A DNA stretch of 64,000 nt, from assembly GCA_963742735.1 (NCBI GenBank), contig CAVUMN010000003.1, positions 800,001 through 864,000 of the forward strand, given 5' to 3'. Positions 20,188 to 32,254 of this stretch are shown here, piece after piece. A program made the position numbers and the translations under genes. This DNA is from an uncultured Actinomycetes bacterium (GTDB lineage Bacteria > Actinomycetota > UBA4738 > JBBDTT01). Numbering within the stretch: the first letter of the stretch is position 1; each line of letters opens with the position of its first letter. The notes under the pieces were generated by a model. The model made no database searches. It had not been told where the DNA came from and saw only the letters and a program-made list of their open reading frames with translations.

Positions 20188-21135
20188 GTGGCCGACCCCC
20201 TCACGTCCCAGATCCGGCGCACGCTCGACTGGCTGACCGTCGAGCGCGGGGTGTCCCACAACACCGTCGACGCCTACCGCCGCGACCTGGAGCGCTACGC
20301 CGAGCACCTGCGCGAACGGGGGATCCGCGACGCCCGCGGCGTGGACGAGGCGGCGGTTACCGGGTTCATCGAGGGTCTGTCGCGCGACGAGTACGAGCCG
20401 GGGAAGCGGTACACGGCCTCCTCGGTAGCCCGCACGCTCGCCGCGGTCCGCACGTTCCATCGCTTCCTGGTCACCGAGGGCGACACGCCGGAGAACCCCG
20501 CGCACGGCGTGGCTCGGCCCAAGGTGCCGCGGAACCTTCCGCACCCGCTTGCCCTGGCCGACGTCGAGGCGCTGGTGGGCGCGCCGGGCGCCGACGGTCC
20601 CGTCGCCCTGCGGGACACCGCGATCCTGGAGACGCTGTACGGGGCCGGCCTGCGCATCTCCGAGCTGGTCGGGCTGGACGTGGACGACGTCGACATGGAG
20701 GAGGGGAGCGTCCGCGTGGTCGGCAAGGGGGACAAGGAGCGGGTGATCCCGCTGGGCCGGTACGCCATCGCCGCCATCCAGGCGTACCTGTCGCGGGCCC
20801 GCCCGGGGATGGCCAAGCCCGTCTCGAAGGGCGCGCTGTTCCTGAACCAGCGAGGCGGCCGACTCACCCGGCAGGGCTCGGCCATGCTGCTGAAGCAGGC
20901 CGCCAAGCGTGCCGGGCTGAAGATCCGGGTGACGCCCCACAGCCTGCGCCACTCGTTCGCCACGCATCTGCTGGAGGGCGGCGCCGACGTGCGGGTGGTG
21001 CAGGAGCTGCTCGGCCACGCCAGCGTCTCGACCACCCAGATCTACACGCTGGTCACCGAGGACCACCTGCGCGAGGTCTACTACACCGCCCATCCCCGGG
21101 CCCGCCGGCCCCCGACGGGCAAGGCGGCGGGATGA
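20188..21135 (+). CDS. xerD: Site-specific tyrosine recombinase XerD
   Basis: GLRISEL, GKGDKER, HSLRHSFATHLL, LGHAS..TTQIY; NUDIX-xerD context. Confidence 0.95.
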   Translation: MADPLTSQIRRTLDWLTVERGVSHNTVDAYRRDLERYAEHLRERGIRDARGVDEAAVTGFIEGLSRDEYEPGKRYTASSVARTLAAVRTFHRFLVTEGDTPENPAHGVARPKVPRNLPHPLALADVEALVGAPGADGPVALRDTAILETLYGAGLRISELVGLDVDDVDMEEGSVRVVGKGDKERVIPLGRYAIAAIQAYLSRARPGMAKPVSKGALFLNQRGGRLTRQGSAMLLKQAAKRAGLKIRVTPHSLRHSFATHLLEGGADVRVVQELLGHASVSTTQIYTLVTEDHLREVYYTAHPRARRPPTGKAAG

Positions 21136-22304
21136 CGCGCGTTCTTCTTCTCGTCTGTGACTCGTTCGGGGTGGGCGGCGCGCCCGACGCGGCCGCGTAC
21201 GGCGACGAGGGCTCGAACACCCTGGGCAACACCGCGCGACATGTGGGCGGCGTGGCCGCGCCGAACCTGGGACGCCTCGGGCTGGGACACCTGACGTCGA
21301 TCGAGGGCGTGCCGCCCGAGGCCGCGAACGGGACGGCGCACGGGGCGCTGGTGGAGCGCTCCGCCGGCAAGGACACCACCACCGGCCACTGGGAGGTCGC
21401 CGGCATCGTCCTGGACACGGCCTTCCCGCTCTATCCGGACGGCTTCCCGCCCGAGGTCGTGGAGCCGTGGGAGCGGGTCATCGGGAAGACGGCGCTCGGC
21501 AACCGGCCCGCGTCGGGGACCGAGATCATCGAGGAGCTCGGCGAGGAGCACCTGAAGACCGGCAACCCGATCCTGTACACGAGCGGCGACTCCGTCTTCC
21601 AGGTGGCGACGCACGCCGACGTGGTGCCGCTCGAGCAGCTGTACGAGTGGTGCCGGATCGCGCGGGAGATTCTCGGCGGGCCGCACGAGGTCGGCCGGGT
21701 GATCGCCCGCCCGTTCGAGGGGAAGCCCGGGGCGTTCACGCGCCGCCCGGAGCGCCGGGACTTCTCGGTCCCGCCGCCGCGGCCGACGCTGCTCGAGCAG
21801 ACGGTCGAGGCGGGGATCCCGGTGTACGGGGTCGGCAAGATCCGCGACATCTTCGTCGAGCGGGGTCTGACCGAGGCGACCTACTCGTCCTCGAACGAGG
21901 ACGGCATCACGAAGACCATCGAGTACCTGCGGCGGCCGGGCCCGTCGCTGGTGGTCTCCAACCTCGTCGACTTCGACTCGAAGTACGGACACCGGAACGA
22001 TCCCGACGGGTATGGGAAGTGCATCGAGGCCCTCGACCGGCGGGTGCCGGAGCTGCTCGCGGCCCTGGAGGGCGACGGGCTGCTGTTCCTGACCGGCGAC
22101 CACGGCTGCGACCCGACCACGCCGCCCACCGACCACTCGCGGGAGCGGACGCCCTGCCTGGTCTCGGGCCTGGGGGACCTCCCGCCGGTGGACCTGGGGG
22201 AGCGGATGTTCTCGGACCTCGGCGCGACGATCGCCGAGGTCCTCGGCGTGCGGACGCGAGGCCTGGAGGGGACGTCGTTCGCGGAGGAGCTGGGGCTCGA
22301 GTGA
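21132..22304 (+). CDS. deoB: Phosphopentomutase
   Basis: DSFGVG, GKDTTTGHWE, RVIARPF, DFDSKYGHRND, DHGCDP, DHSRE. Confidence 0.96.
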   Translation: MTRVLLLVCDSFGVGGAPDAAAYGDEGSNTLGNTARHVGGVAAPNLGRLGLGHLTSIEGVPPEAANGTAHGALVERSAGKDTTTGHWEVAGIVLDTAFPLYPDGFPPEVVEPWERVIGKTALGNRPASGTEIIEELGEEHLKTGNPILYTSGDSVFQVATHADVVPLEQLYEWCRIAREILGGPHEVGRVIARPFEGKPGAFTRRPERRDFSVPPPRPTLLEQTVEAGIPVYGVGKIRDIFVERGLTEATYSSSNEDGITKTIEYLRRPGPSLVVSNLVDFDSKYGHRNDPDGYGKCIEALDRRVPELLAALEGDGLLFLTGDHGCDPTTPPTDHSRERTPCLVSGLGDLPPVDLGERMFSDLGATIAEVLGVRTRGLEGTSFAEELGLE

Positions 22305-23614
22305 CGGACTACCGGGAGCTCGTCGCCGCCATCCGCGACGCGCGCGAGGTCCCGGAAGAAGAACTCCGCGCGTTCGTCCTGGCCTACGCGAAGGGCGAGG
22401 TCTCCGACTACCTGGCCGCGGCCTTCCTGATGGCCGCCTACCTGAACCCGCTGTCGCCGATGGACACGCTGGCGCTCACCCGGGCGATGGTCGACTCGGG
22501 CTCGACGCTACCCCTCTCGTCGGTGACCCGGCCGAAGGTCGACAAGCACTCGACCGGAGGCGTGGCCGACGGCGTCACGCTGGCGTTCGCGCCGGTGGCG
22601 GCGAGCCTCGGGCTGGCGGTGGCGAAGCTGTCGGGGCGCGGGCTGGGGCACACCGGCGGGACCCTCGACAAGCTCGAGGCGATCCCCGGCCTCCGCACGG
22701 ATCTGACGGTTCGTCAGATCGAGGAGCAGGTCGAGAAGGTCGGGTGCGTCGTCGCCGGGCAGACCGAGGATCTGGTGCCCGCGGACGGCAAGCTGTACGC
22801 CCTCCGCGACGCCACGGCGACCGTGGAGAGCCTGCCCCTGGTCGCGGCCAGCGTGATGAGCAAGAAGCTCGCCATCGGCACCGACCTCGTGCTCATCGAC
22901 GTGAAGGCGGGGAGCGGCGCGTTCATGAAGACCCCCGAGGACGCCGGCGCCCTGGCCGACGCCTGCGTCTCGCTGGCCGAAGCGTGGGGCCGCGACTGCC
23001 GGGCTGCGGTCACCGACATGTCTCAGCCCCTCGGCCAGGCGATGGGCAACGCGCTGGACATCGCCGAGGCCGTGGAGGTCCTGAAAGGGGAGTGGCGCGG
23101 CCGCCTGACCGACCTGGTGATCGAGTTCGCCGCGGCGGCGGCCGAGGAACTGCTCGGCGAGATCAACGAAGCTCACGTTCGCGCGGTCCTGGAGGACGGG
23201 TCGGCCCTGGAGGCGTTCGGGAGGATGGTCGAGGCCCAGGGCGGCGACCGCCGCGTCGTCGACGACCCGTGGTCGGTGATGGAGCGGGCGCCGGTCGTCA
23301 AGGAGATCCCCCCGCCCCTGGCCGGCTGGCTCGCGGCGGTCGACGCCGAGGCGGTCGGCCGGGCCGCCACCGCGCTCGGCGCGGGCAGGAAGAGAAAGGA
23401 AGACGCGATCGACCCCTCCGTGGGGATCCTGTTCCTGCCGAAGATCGGGGACCGCCTGGAGGAGGATGGACCGTTCGCGACCGTGCACGCCCGGACCGAC
23501 GACGACGTCGAGGCGACCGCCCGCCGTCTGGCGGAGGCGATCACGATCTCCGATCAGCAGATCGAGCCTCCGCCCCTCGTCTATGGTTGGCGCTCGACCG
23601 GAGATGGCGGCTGA
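22301..23614 (+). CDS. pdp: Pyrimidine-nucleoside/thymidine phosphorylase
   Basis: DKHSTGGV, SGRGLGHTGGTLDKLE, SVMSKKLA; GTG start in a GTGA overlap. Confidence 0.93.
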   Translation: MTDYRELVAAIRDAREVPEEELRAFVLAYAKGEVSDYLAAAFLMAAYLNPLSPMDTLALTRAMVDSGSTLPLSSVTRPKVDKHSTGGVADGVTLAFAPVAASLGLAVAKLSGRGLGHTGGTLDKLEAIPGLRTDLTVRQIEEQVEKVGCVVAGQTEDLVPADGKLYALRDATATVESLPLVAASVMSKKLAIGTDLVLIDVKAGSGAFMKTPEDAGALADACVSLAEAWGRDCRAAVTDMSQPLGQAMGNALDIAEAVEVLKGEWRGRLTDLVIEFAAAAAEELLGEINEAHVRAVLEDGSALEAFGRMVEAQGGDRRVVDDPWSVMERAPVVKEIPPPLAGWLAAVDAEAVGRAATALGAGRKRKEDAIDPSVGILFLPKIGDRLEEDGPFATVHARTDDDVEATARRLAEAITISDQQIEPPPLVYGWRSTGDGG

Positions 23615-24306
23615 TGAACCTCGACGACGTCCTGATCGCGGTGTTCCTGCTGGTGTGGCTGATCCCGAGCCTCACCCTGCACGAGTACGGCCACGCGAAG
23701 ATGGCCGACCGCCTCGGCGACCGGACGCCGCGGCTCGCCGGGCGCCTTACCCTGAACCCGATCCCGCACATCGATCCGTTCGGGACGGTCATCCTGCCGG
23801 GCCTGCTGCTGTTGCTCGTGGCCTTCGGGCGGACGGTCCTGCCGGTGTTCGCGTTCGCGAAGCCGACGCCGTTCAACCCGAGCAACTTCCGGGACGCCAA
23901 CAAGGGGACGATGTTGACCGCGTTCGCGGGGCCGAGCGTGAACCTGATCCTGGCGCTGATCGCCGCGGTGCTGCTCCGGATCCTCGCGCCCGACACGGTG
24001 GCGGCGACCGGCCTGTTCGGGGCGGTGGTGCCGACGTCGCGGGTCGGTCAGTTCCTGGCCGCCGGCCTGGTGGTGAACGTCATCCTGTTCGTCTTCAACC
24101 TGATGCCGATCCCGGGGCTCGACGGGTCGAAGGTGCTGGCGGGGTTTCTGCCGCCCCGGGCCCGCGAGGTCTACCGAAACCTCGACCAGTATCTGGTGCT
24201 CTTCGTGATGGTCGTGGTGTTCATCCTCCCGGGCCCGTTCTTCGCCATCGTCAGCGGCCTGGGGAACGGGATCTGCAGCATCGTCGTCGGCGGGGACTGC
24301 ATCTAG
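23614..24306 (+). CDS. Site-2 protease (M50) family protein
   Basis: HEYGH, GRLTLNP, AGP, FNLMPIPGLDG. Confidence 0.93.
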   Translation: MNLDDVLIAVFLLVWLIPSLTLHEYGHAKMADRLGDRTPRLAGRLTLNPIPHIDPFGTVILPGLLLLLVAFGRTVLPVFAFAKPTPFNPSNFRDANKGTMLTAFAGPSVNLILALIAAVLLRILAPDTVAATGLFGAVVPTSRVGQFLAAGLVVNVILFVFNLMPIPGLDGSKVLAGFLPPRAREVYRNLDQYLVLFVMVVVFILPGPFFAIVSGLGNGICSIVVGGDCI

Positions 24307-24325
24307 GACCCTCGGAGGGCCTCGG

Positions 24326-26692
<2,367 letters not shown>

Positions 26693-26771
26693 CACCCGAT
26701 CGTGCCACGTCGGGCCGGAGGCGTCCTCGCTTCCGAGGAACACCCCCCAAGCCCCGCTATCCTTGGGGTCC

Positions 26772-27527
26772 ATGAGCCGGGCTGAGGGGCTTCGGGCCGA
26801 GGCCGGCGCGTTCGAGATCGACCTCCCCGTGTACTCCGGTCCGTTCCGCGCGCTGGCCGAGCTGATCGTGTCCCAGAAGGTGGACGTCTGCGACGTCTCC
26901 ATCACGAGCGTCGTTCAGGCGTTCGTGCAGCGCCGTCCCGAGGCTGAGGGGTGGAGCCTCGAGGAGGCCACCTGGTTCGTCGCCACCTGCGCCACCCTGC
27001 TGGAGCTCAAGATCGGGCGCCTCCTGCCGCGCCACGTCGAGCAGGACGAGGAGGACCTCCTGGGCGGGACCTCGCCCGACGTCCTCTACGCGCGCCGCCT
27101 GGAGCTCGCCGCGTTCCGCCAGGCCACCCGCGACCTGGCCCGCCGGTTCGAGGACGGCGCCGGCTACTTCGGCCGCGACGCCGGCCCCGGCGAGGAGTTC
27201 GCGCACCTGTACCCCGACGTCATGGCGAAGATCACGGCCGCCCAGCTGGCCGGGGCCGCCGCCGAGATGCTCCGCCCGGCGCCGCTGGTCGACCTGTCCC
27301 ACGTCGCGCCGATCCGCGCGTCCGTGGCCGACGCGCTGGCCTGGGTGGTGGAGGCCATGCAGCACCGGCGAGCCGCGTCGTTCCGCGACCTGGTGGCCGA
27401 CTGCCGCGAGCCGATCTACGTCGTGGTCCGGTTCCTGGCGCTGCTCGAGCTGTTCCGCGACGGGCGAGTCGCCCTTCGCCAGGCCGACACGTTCGGCGAG
27501 ATCGAGGTCGAATGGGAGGACGCATGA
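26772..27527 (+). CDS. scpA: Segregation and condensation protein A
   Basis: YSGPF, ATLLELK, VVRFLALLEL...QADTFGEI. Confidence 0.9.
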   Translation: MSRAEGLRAEAGAFEIDLPVYSGPFRALAELIVSQKVDVCDVSITSVVQAFVQRRPEAEGWSLEEATWFVATCATLLELKIGRLLPRHVEQDEEDLLGGTSPDVLYARRLELAAFRQATRDLARRFEDGAGYFGRDAGPGEEFAHLYPDVMAKITAAQLAGAAAEMLRPAPLVDLSHVAPIRASVADALAWVVEAMQHRRAASFRDLVADCREPIYVVVRFLALLELFRDGRVALRQADTFGEIEVEWEDA

Positions 27528-28075
27528 CCGAGCACGAGCACCACGCCGAGACTCGCCGGGCCCTGGAGGCCATCCTGTTCGTCTGCGACGAGCCCATCTC
27601 CGCGAACGTCCTGGCCCAGGCCGTGGAGCTCCGTCTGACCGAGGTCGAGCGGATCCTGCGCGAGCTGGCCGACGAGCTCGAGACCCGGGGGAGCGGCCTG
27701 GTCCTGCGCGAGGTCGCAAACGGCTGGCGCCTGGCTACCCACCCCGAGGCCGCGGCCTACGTCGAGCAGTTCGTCCTGGCCAATCGCCAGGCCCGGCTGT
27801 CGAAGGCGTCCCTGGAGACGCTCGCCATCGTGGCCTACAAGCAGCCCGTCACCCGGCATCAGGTCTCCTCGATCCGCGGCGTGAACTCCGAGGCCGTCCT
27901 GCGCGCGCTCCAGGACCGCGGCCTGATCGAGGAGACCGCCCGCGACGACGGCCCGGGCCACGCGGTGCTGTACGGCACGACGTCGGAGTTCCTGGAGCGG
28001 CTTGGACTCGCCTCGACCAGGGACCTGCCCCCCATCGCTCCGCTCCTCGGCGAGGCCGCCGCGGAGACCGGCTGA
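27524..28075 (+). CDS. scpB: Segregation and condensation protein B
   Basis: LEAILF, LETLAIVAYKQPVTR, IRGV, YGTTSEFL. Confidence 0.95.
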   Translation: MTEHEHHAETRRALEAILFVCDEPISANVLAQAVELRLTEVERILRELADELETRGSGLVLREVANGWRLATHPEAAAYVEQFVLANRQARLSKASLETLAIVAYKQPVTRHQVSSIRGVNSEAVLRALQDRGLIEETARDDGPGHAVLYGTTSEFLERLGLASTRDLPPIAPLLGEAAAETG

Positions 28076-28091
28076 CGCGCGGCCACGCGCC

Positions 28092-28808
28092 GTGGAGGAG
28101 CGCGTCCAGCGCGCGCTGGCCCGGGCCGGGATCGGCTCCCGCCGCGCCAGCGAGAACCTGATCCGCGAGAACCGAGTCAAGATCAACGGCCGCGTCGCCG
28201 TCCTGGGCGACAAGGTGGATCCGGAGGTCGACACCGTCCAGGTCGACGGCGTGCGCGTGCCGCTCGCCGCCGACGCCGTGTACCTGGCGTTGAACAAGCC
28301 GGTGGGCGTGATCACGACGGCCCACGACACGCACGGCCGTGAGGACCTCCGCGCCTACTTCCCGTCCGGCGCCCGCGTGTTCGCGGTCGGCCGGCTGGAT
28401 CGCGACAGCGAGGGCCTCCTGCTCTTGACCAACGACGGCGAGCTGGCGAACCGGCTGACCCACCCCCGCTACGGCGTGGAGAAGGAATACCTGGCCGAGG
28501 TCGAAGGCGCCCTGAACGAGAAGGTCGTCAGCCGGCTCACCCGCGGCGTGGAGCTCGACGACGGCCTCGCGAAAGCGAAGACGGCGCGCATCGCGGGGCG
28601 CTCGAAGGGCCGTGGGGCGGTGGCGCTCATCATGACCGAAGGGCGCAAGCGCGAGGTTCGCCGCTTGCTGGCCGCGGTAGGCTTGCCCGTCACCAGGCTC
28701 GTCCGGACGCGGATCGGCCCGGTCCGTCTGCGTGAGCTCCCGCCCGGCGAGGTGCGCCCGCTCACGGTCGAGGAGGTCCGAGGGCTGTTCCGGGCGGCCG
28801 GGCTCTAA
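28092..28808 (+). CDS. rluB: 23S rRNA pseudouridine synthase (RluB family)
   Basis: S4 domain SRRASE, NKPVG, VGRLDRDSEGLLLLTNDG. Confidence 0.9.
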   Translation: MEERVQRALARAGIGSRRASENLIRENRVKINGRVAVLGDKVDPEVDTVQVDGVRVPLAADAVYLALNKPVGVITTAHDTHGREDLRAYFPSGARVFAVGRLDRDSEGLLLLTNDGELANRLTHPRYGVEKEYLAEVEGALNEKVVSRLTRGVELDDGLAKAKTARIAGRSKGRGAVALIMTEGRKREVRRLLAAVGLPVTRLVRTRIGPVRLRELPPGEVRPLTVEEVRGLFRAAGL

Positions 28809-28823
28809 CACGAAGGAGCGCAC

Positions 28824-29183
28824 GTGCGGGTTCGAGCGGCGAGAGGGGCCATCACCGTGGAGCGCGACGAGTCGCGCCTGGTCCTCGACGCCACCGCGCG
28901 GCTGCTGAAGGAGGTCCTGGCCTCGAACGCGATCGACGAGGGCGAGGTCGTGAGCATCTTCTTCACCGCGACCCCGGACCTGGTCTCCGCGTTCCCCGCC
29001 GAGGCGGCCCGCGAGGCAGGCCTGACCGACACCGCCCTGCTCTGCGCGCGGGAGATCGACGTGCCGGGCGCGGTCCCCCGGGTGGTCCGGATGCTGATCC
29101 ACTTCAACACCGAGGACGAGACGTCGAAGATCAAGGACGTCTACCTCGAGGGCGCGAAGGCCCTCCGCCCGGACCGTGGCTGA
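28824..29183 (+). CDS. aroH: Chorismate mutase, AroH type
   Basis: RAARGAIT, FTATPDL..AFPA.AAR, VYLEGAKALRPD. Confidence 0.93.
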   Translation: MRVRAARGAITVERDESRLVLDATARLLKEVLASNAIDEGEVVSIFFTATPDLVSAFPAEAAREAGLTDTALLCAREIDVPGAVPRVVRMLIHFNTEDETSKIKDVYLEGAKALRPDRG

Positions 29184-30276
29184 GGGCCCGCCCGGACCCC
29201 TCTGCGTGGTGGGCACCGGGCTGATCGGGACCTCGATCGCGCTCGCCGCCCGGGCCGCGGGGGTCGAGGTGCGGGGGTTCGACCCGGACCCGTCGGCGCT
29301 GGCCGGCGCGGTGGAGAGGGGCGCGCTCGAGCCCGCCGCTTCGCTGGAGGCCGCGGTGGCCGGGGCCCGCATCGCCGTCGTGGCCGCGCCGATGGACCGG
29401 GTGACCGAGACCGCCCTGGCCTGCCTGCGCGCCGATCCGGACATCGTGGTCACCGACGCGGGGAGCGCGAAGGCCGACGTGGTCGCGGCGGTCGACGCCG
29501 CGGCGAGCGAAGAGGAGGCGGCCCGGTTCGTCGCCGGCCATCCGATGACGGGGTCGGAGCGGAGCGGGCCCGGGGCGGCGTCGGCGTCGTTGCTGGACGG
29601 CACCGCGTGGGTGCTGTGCGGCGGGCCCCGGACGAGCCCCGCCTCGTTGGAGCTCGTGGAGTCGCTGGTCCGCGCGGTGGGCGCACAGCCGCTGACCATG
29701 GACGCCGAGCGGCACGACCGGCTGGTGGCCCTGATCAGCCACCTGCCGCAGCTCGCGTCGACCGCGCTGATGCGGGTGGCCGCCGTCCGCGCCGCCGGCG
29801 AGCCCGAGCTGATGCTCCTGGCGGCCGGCGGGTTCCGCGATCTGACGCGGCTGGCGGCGAGCAACCCCGAGCTGTGGGCGGACATCCTGCTCGCCAACGC
29901 CGACCGCGCCCGCGACGCGATCGACGTCTACGTCGACTCGCTCCATCAGCTGGGGAAGCTGCTCGAGTCCGGGGACCGCGAGGCCCTCATCGACGTCTTC
30001 CGCCGCTCGAAGGAGGCCCGGCTGGGGATGGGGGCCAAGCCCTCGGCGAAGGTCGGCGTGGCGATCCTGTCGGTGCCGATCCCGGACCGTCCCGGGGTCC
30101 TCGCCGACATCACGTCGATCCTCGGCGCCATGGGGATCAACATCGAGGACCTGGAGATCGTCCACTCCGCAGAGGGGGCGAAGGGGACACTGCATGCCAC
30201 GGTCGAGGAGGGCTCGGCCGAGGAGGCCGTCCGCGCGCTGGCCGACCGCGGGTACGAGGTCGGGCGACTGGCATGA
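29176..30276 (+). CDS. tyrA: Prephenate dehydrogenase with C-terminal ACT domain
   Basis: GTGLIG, GHPMTGSE, HDRLVALISHLP, GFRDLTRLA, IPDRPG. Confidence 0.93.
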   Translation: MAEGPPGPLCVVGTGLIGTSIALAARAAGVEVRGFDPDPSALAGAVERGALEPAASLEAAVAGARIAVVAAPMDRVTETALACLRADPDIVVTDAGSAKADVVAAVDAAASEEEAARFVAGHPMTGSERSGPGAASASLLDGTAWVLCGGPRTSPASLELVESLVRAVGAQPLTMDAERHDRLVALISHLPQLASTALMRVAAVRAAGEPELMLLAAGGFRDLTRLAASNPELWADILLANADRARDAIDVYVDSLHQLGKLLESGDREALIDVFRRSKEARLGMGAKPSAKVGVAILSVPIPDRPGVLADITSILGAMGINIEDLEIVHSAEGAKGTLHATVEEGSAEEAVRALADRGYEVGRLA

Positions 30277-31607
30277 GGCTCATCGTCCGTCCCGCGGCGG
30301 GTCCGCTCCGGGGCGAGGTCCGTGTCCCCGGCGACAAGTCGATCGCCCACCGATGGCTGATCCTGGCCGGCACCGCCCAGGGCTCGAGCGAGGTCCGCGA
30401 CCTGCCGGCCTCCCTCGATGTCCGTTCGACGGCCTCCTGTCTGGCGGGACTCCTCCCGGAGCTCCGGATGGACCTGCTCGCCTTCGCGCGCTCGCCCGAG
30501 GACGACCCCGAGCCGACCGTCGGGCTGGCCCTCGACGGCGCGGGCTTCGGGTCGCTCCAGCCGCCCGAGTCGCCGCTGTTCTGCGGGAACTCCGGCACGA
30601 CGGCGCGGCTGCTGAGCGGGCTGCTCGCCGGCCAGGCCTTCGAGTCGGTCCTGGACGGCGACCACAGCCTGCGCCGCCGGCCGATGGAGCGGGTGGCGCA
30701 CCCGCTGCGGCTGATGGGGGCCGACGTGCGGACCGACGACGGCACGCCGCCGGTCACGGTGCTGGGCGGGTTCCTCAACGGGATCGAGTACGAGACGCCG
30801 GAGCCGAGCGCGCAGGTGAAGAGCGCGGTCCTGCTCGCCGGCCTCCAGGCCGATGGGACCACGACGGTGATCGAGCCCGCCTCGACCCGCGACCACACCG
30901 AACGGGCCTTGCAGGCTCTGGGTGCGCCGTTGACGGTCGAGCCTCGGCGAGTCTCGGTGCGGCGGTTCCAGCATTCCGGGTTCGCCGGCTCGATCCCGGG
31001 CGACGCCTCGTCGGCGGCGTTCCTGGCCGCGGCGGCCGCGCTGGTCCCCGGCTCGGAGGTGGTGATCCACGGGATGGGGCTGAACTCGACCCGCGCGTCA
31101 TGGGTTCGGCACCTCGAGCGCATGGGCGCCTCGATCCAGGGGCGGATGGAGGGCGAGGAGCTCGGCGAGCCCGTGGGCAGCCTGCTCGCCCGCGCCGGCG
31201 ACGGCCTCACCGGGATCGTCCTCAGTGCCGACGAGACGGCCGAGGCCATCGACGAGGTCCCGGTCCTGGCGGCGGTGGCGGCCCACGCCGCCGGCGAGTC
31301 CCGCTTCGAGGGCGCGGACGAGCTTCGCGTGAAGGAGTCGGACCGGCTGAACGGGATGGCCGAGGGCATCCGGGGCCTCGGCGGCGAGGCCGCGGTCGAG
31401 GGGGACACGCTCGTGGTGGCGGGCGGCGGCCTGAGCGGCGGCGTGGCGCTGGGGCACGAGGACCATCGCCTGGTGATGGCGTTCGCGGTCGGCGCGCTGG
31501 CGGCCCGGGGCGAGTGCGTGATCGACGGGGGCGAGTGGGCGGGGATCTCGTTCCCGGGGTTCGTCCCGGTGCTCCGGGAGCTCGGCGCGGAGGTGACGGA
31601 GGATTGA
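30273..31607 (+). CDS. aroA: 3-phosphoshikimate 1-carboxyvinyltransferase
   Basis: PGDKSIAHR, GNSGTT, SAQVKSA, RDHTE, ELRVKESDR, DHRL. Confidence 0.96.
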   Translation: MRLIVRPAAGPLRGEVRVPGDKSIAHRWLILAGTAQGSSEVRDLPASLDVRSTASCLAGLLPELRMDLLAFARSPEDDPEPTVGLALDGAGFGSLQPPESPLFCGNSGTTARLLSGLLAGQAFESVLDGDHSLRRRPMERVAHPLRLMGADVRTDDGTPPVTVLGGFLNGIEYETPEPSAQVKSAVLLAGLQADGTTTVIEPASTRDHTERALQALGAPLTVEPRRVSVRRFQHSGFAGSIPGDASSAAFLAAAAALVPGSEVVIHGMGLNSTRASWVRHLERMGASIQGRMEGEELGEPVGSLLARAGDGLTGIVLSADETAEAIDEVPVLAAVAAHAAGESRFEGADELRVKESDRLNGMAEGIRGLGGEAAVEGDTLVVAGGGLSGGVALGHEDHRLVMAFAVGALAARGECVIDGGEWAGISFPGFVPVLRELGAEVTED

Positions 31608-32254
31608 GCCGGCCGGTCGTGATCGCCATCGACGGCCCGGCGGGGTCGGGCAAGAGCACCCTCGGTCGCGGCCTGGCCGTCGCCCTGGCGCTGCCGTACG
31701 TGAACACCGGCCTGATGTACCGGGCGCTCACCTCGCGGGCCCTCGACCGGTCGGTCGACACCGACGACGCCCTGGCGCTGGCCTCGCTCGCGGCCGAGCT
31801 CACGTTCTCGCTCGGCGACGGCGTGCCGTCCGAGCTACGGATCGACGGCGCCGAGCCCGGGCCCGAGCTGGTCCGCCCCGAGGTCGAGGCGGCGGTGTCG
31901 CGCGTCGCGCGGCATCCGGAGGTGCGGGCCATCCTGGCGGACGAGCAGCGGCGCCTGGGGGGCGGCGGCGCGGTCATGGAGGGCCGCGACATCGGGACGG
32001 TGATCTTCCCCGACGCCGACGTGAAGCTGTTCCTGCGGGCGCGGGAGGATGTGCGCGCGGCGCGACGGATGGCCGAGCGGGAGAGCGCCGAGCCCGAGCT
32101 CGCCGAGTCCCTTCGCCGCCGCGACGAGCTGGACGCCCGCACCAACCCGCTCGAGCCGTCCGAGGACGCGGTGGTCCTGGACACCGAGGGCCGCGGGCCC
32201 GAGGCCGTGCTGGCCCAGGCGCTGGCCGTCGTCAGCTCGCACGTGAACCCGTGA
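31604..32254 (+). CDS. cmk: Cytidylate kinase
   Basis: AIDGPAGSGKST, TGLMYR, MEGRDIGTVIFPDA. Confidence 0.96.
   Translation: MSRPVVIAIDGPAGSGKSTLGRGLAVALALPYVNTGLMYRALTSRALDRSVDTDDALALASLAAELTFSLGDGVPSELRIDGAEPGPELVRPEVEAAVSRVARHPEVRAILADEQRRLGGGGAVMEGRDIGTVIFPDADVKLFLRAREDVRAARRMAERESAEPELAESLRRRDELDARTNPLEPSEDAVVLDTEGRGPEAVLAQALAVVSSHVNP

Noticed and set aside
20188-21135. Tyrosine recombinase as a prophage or island integrase
   Set aside because: Sequence and NUDIX/deoB context identify housekeeping XerD.
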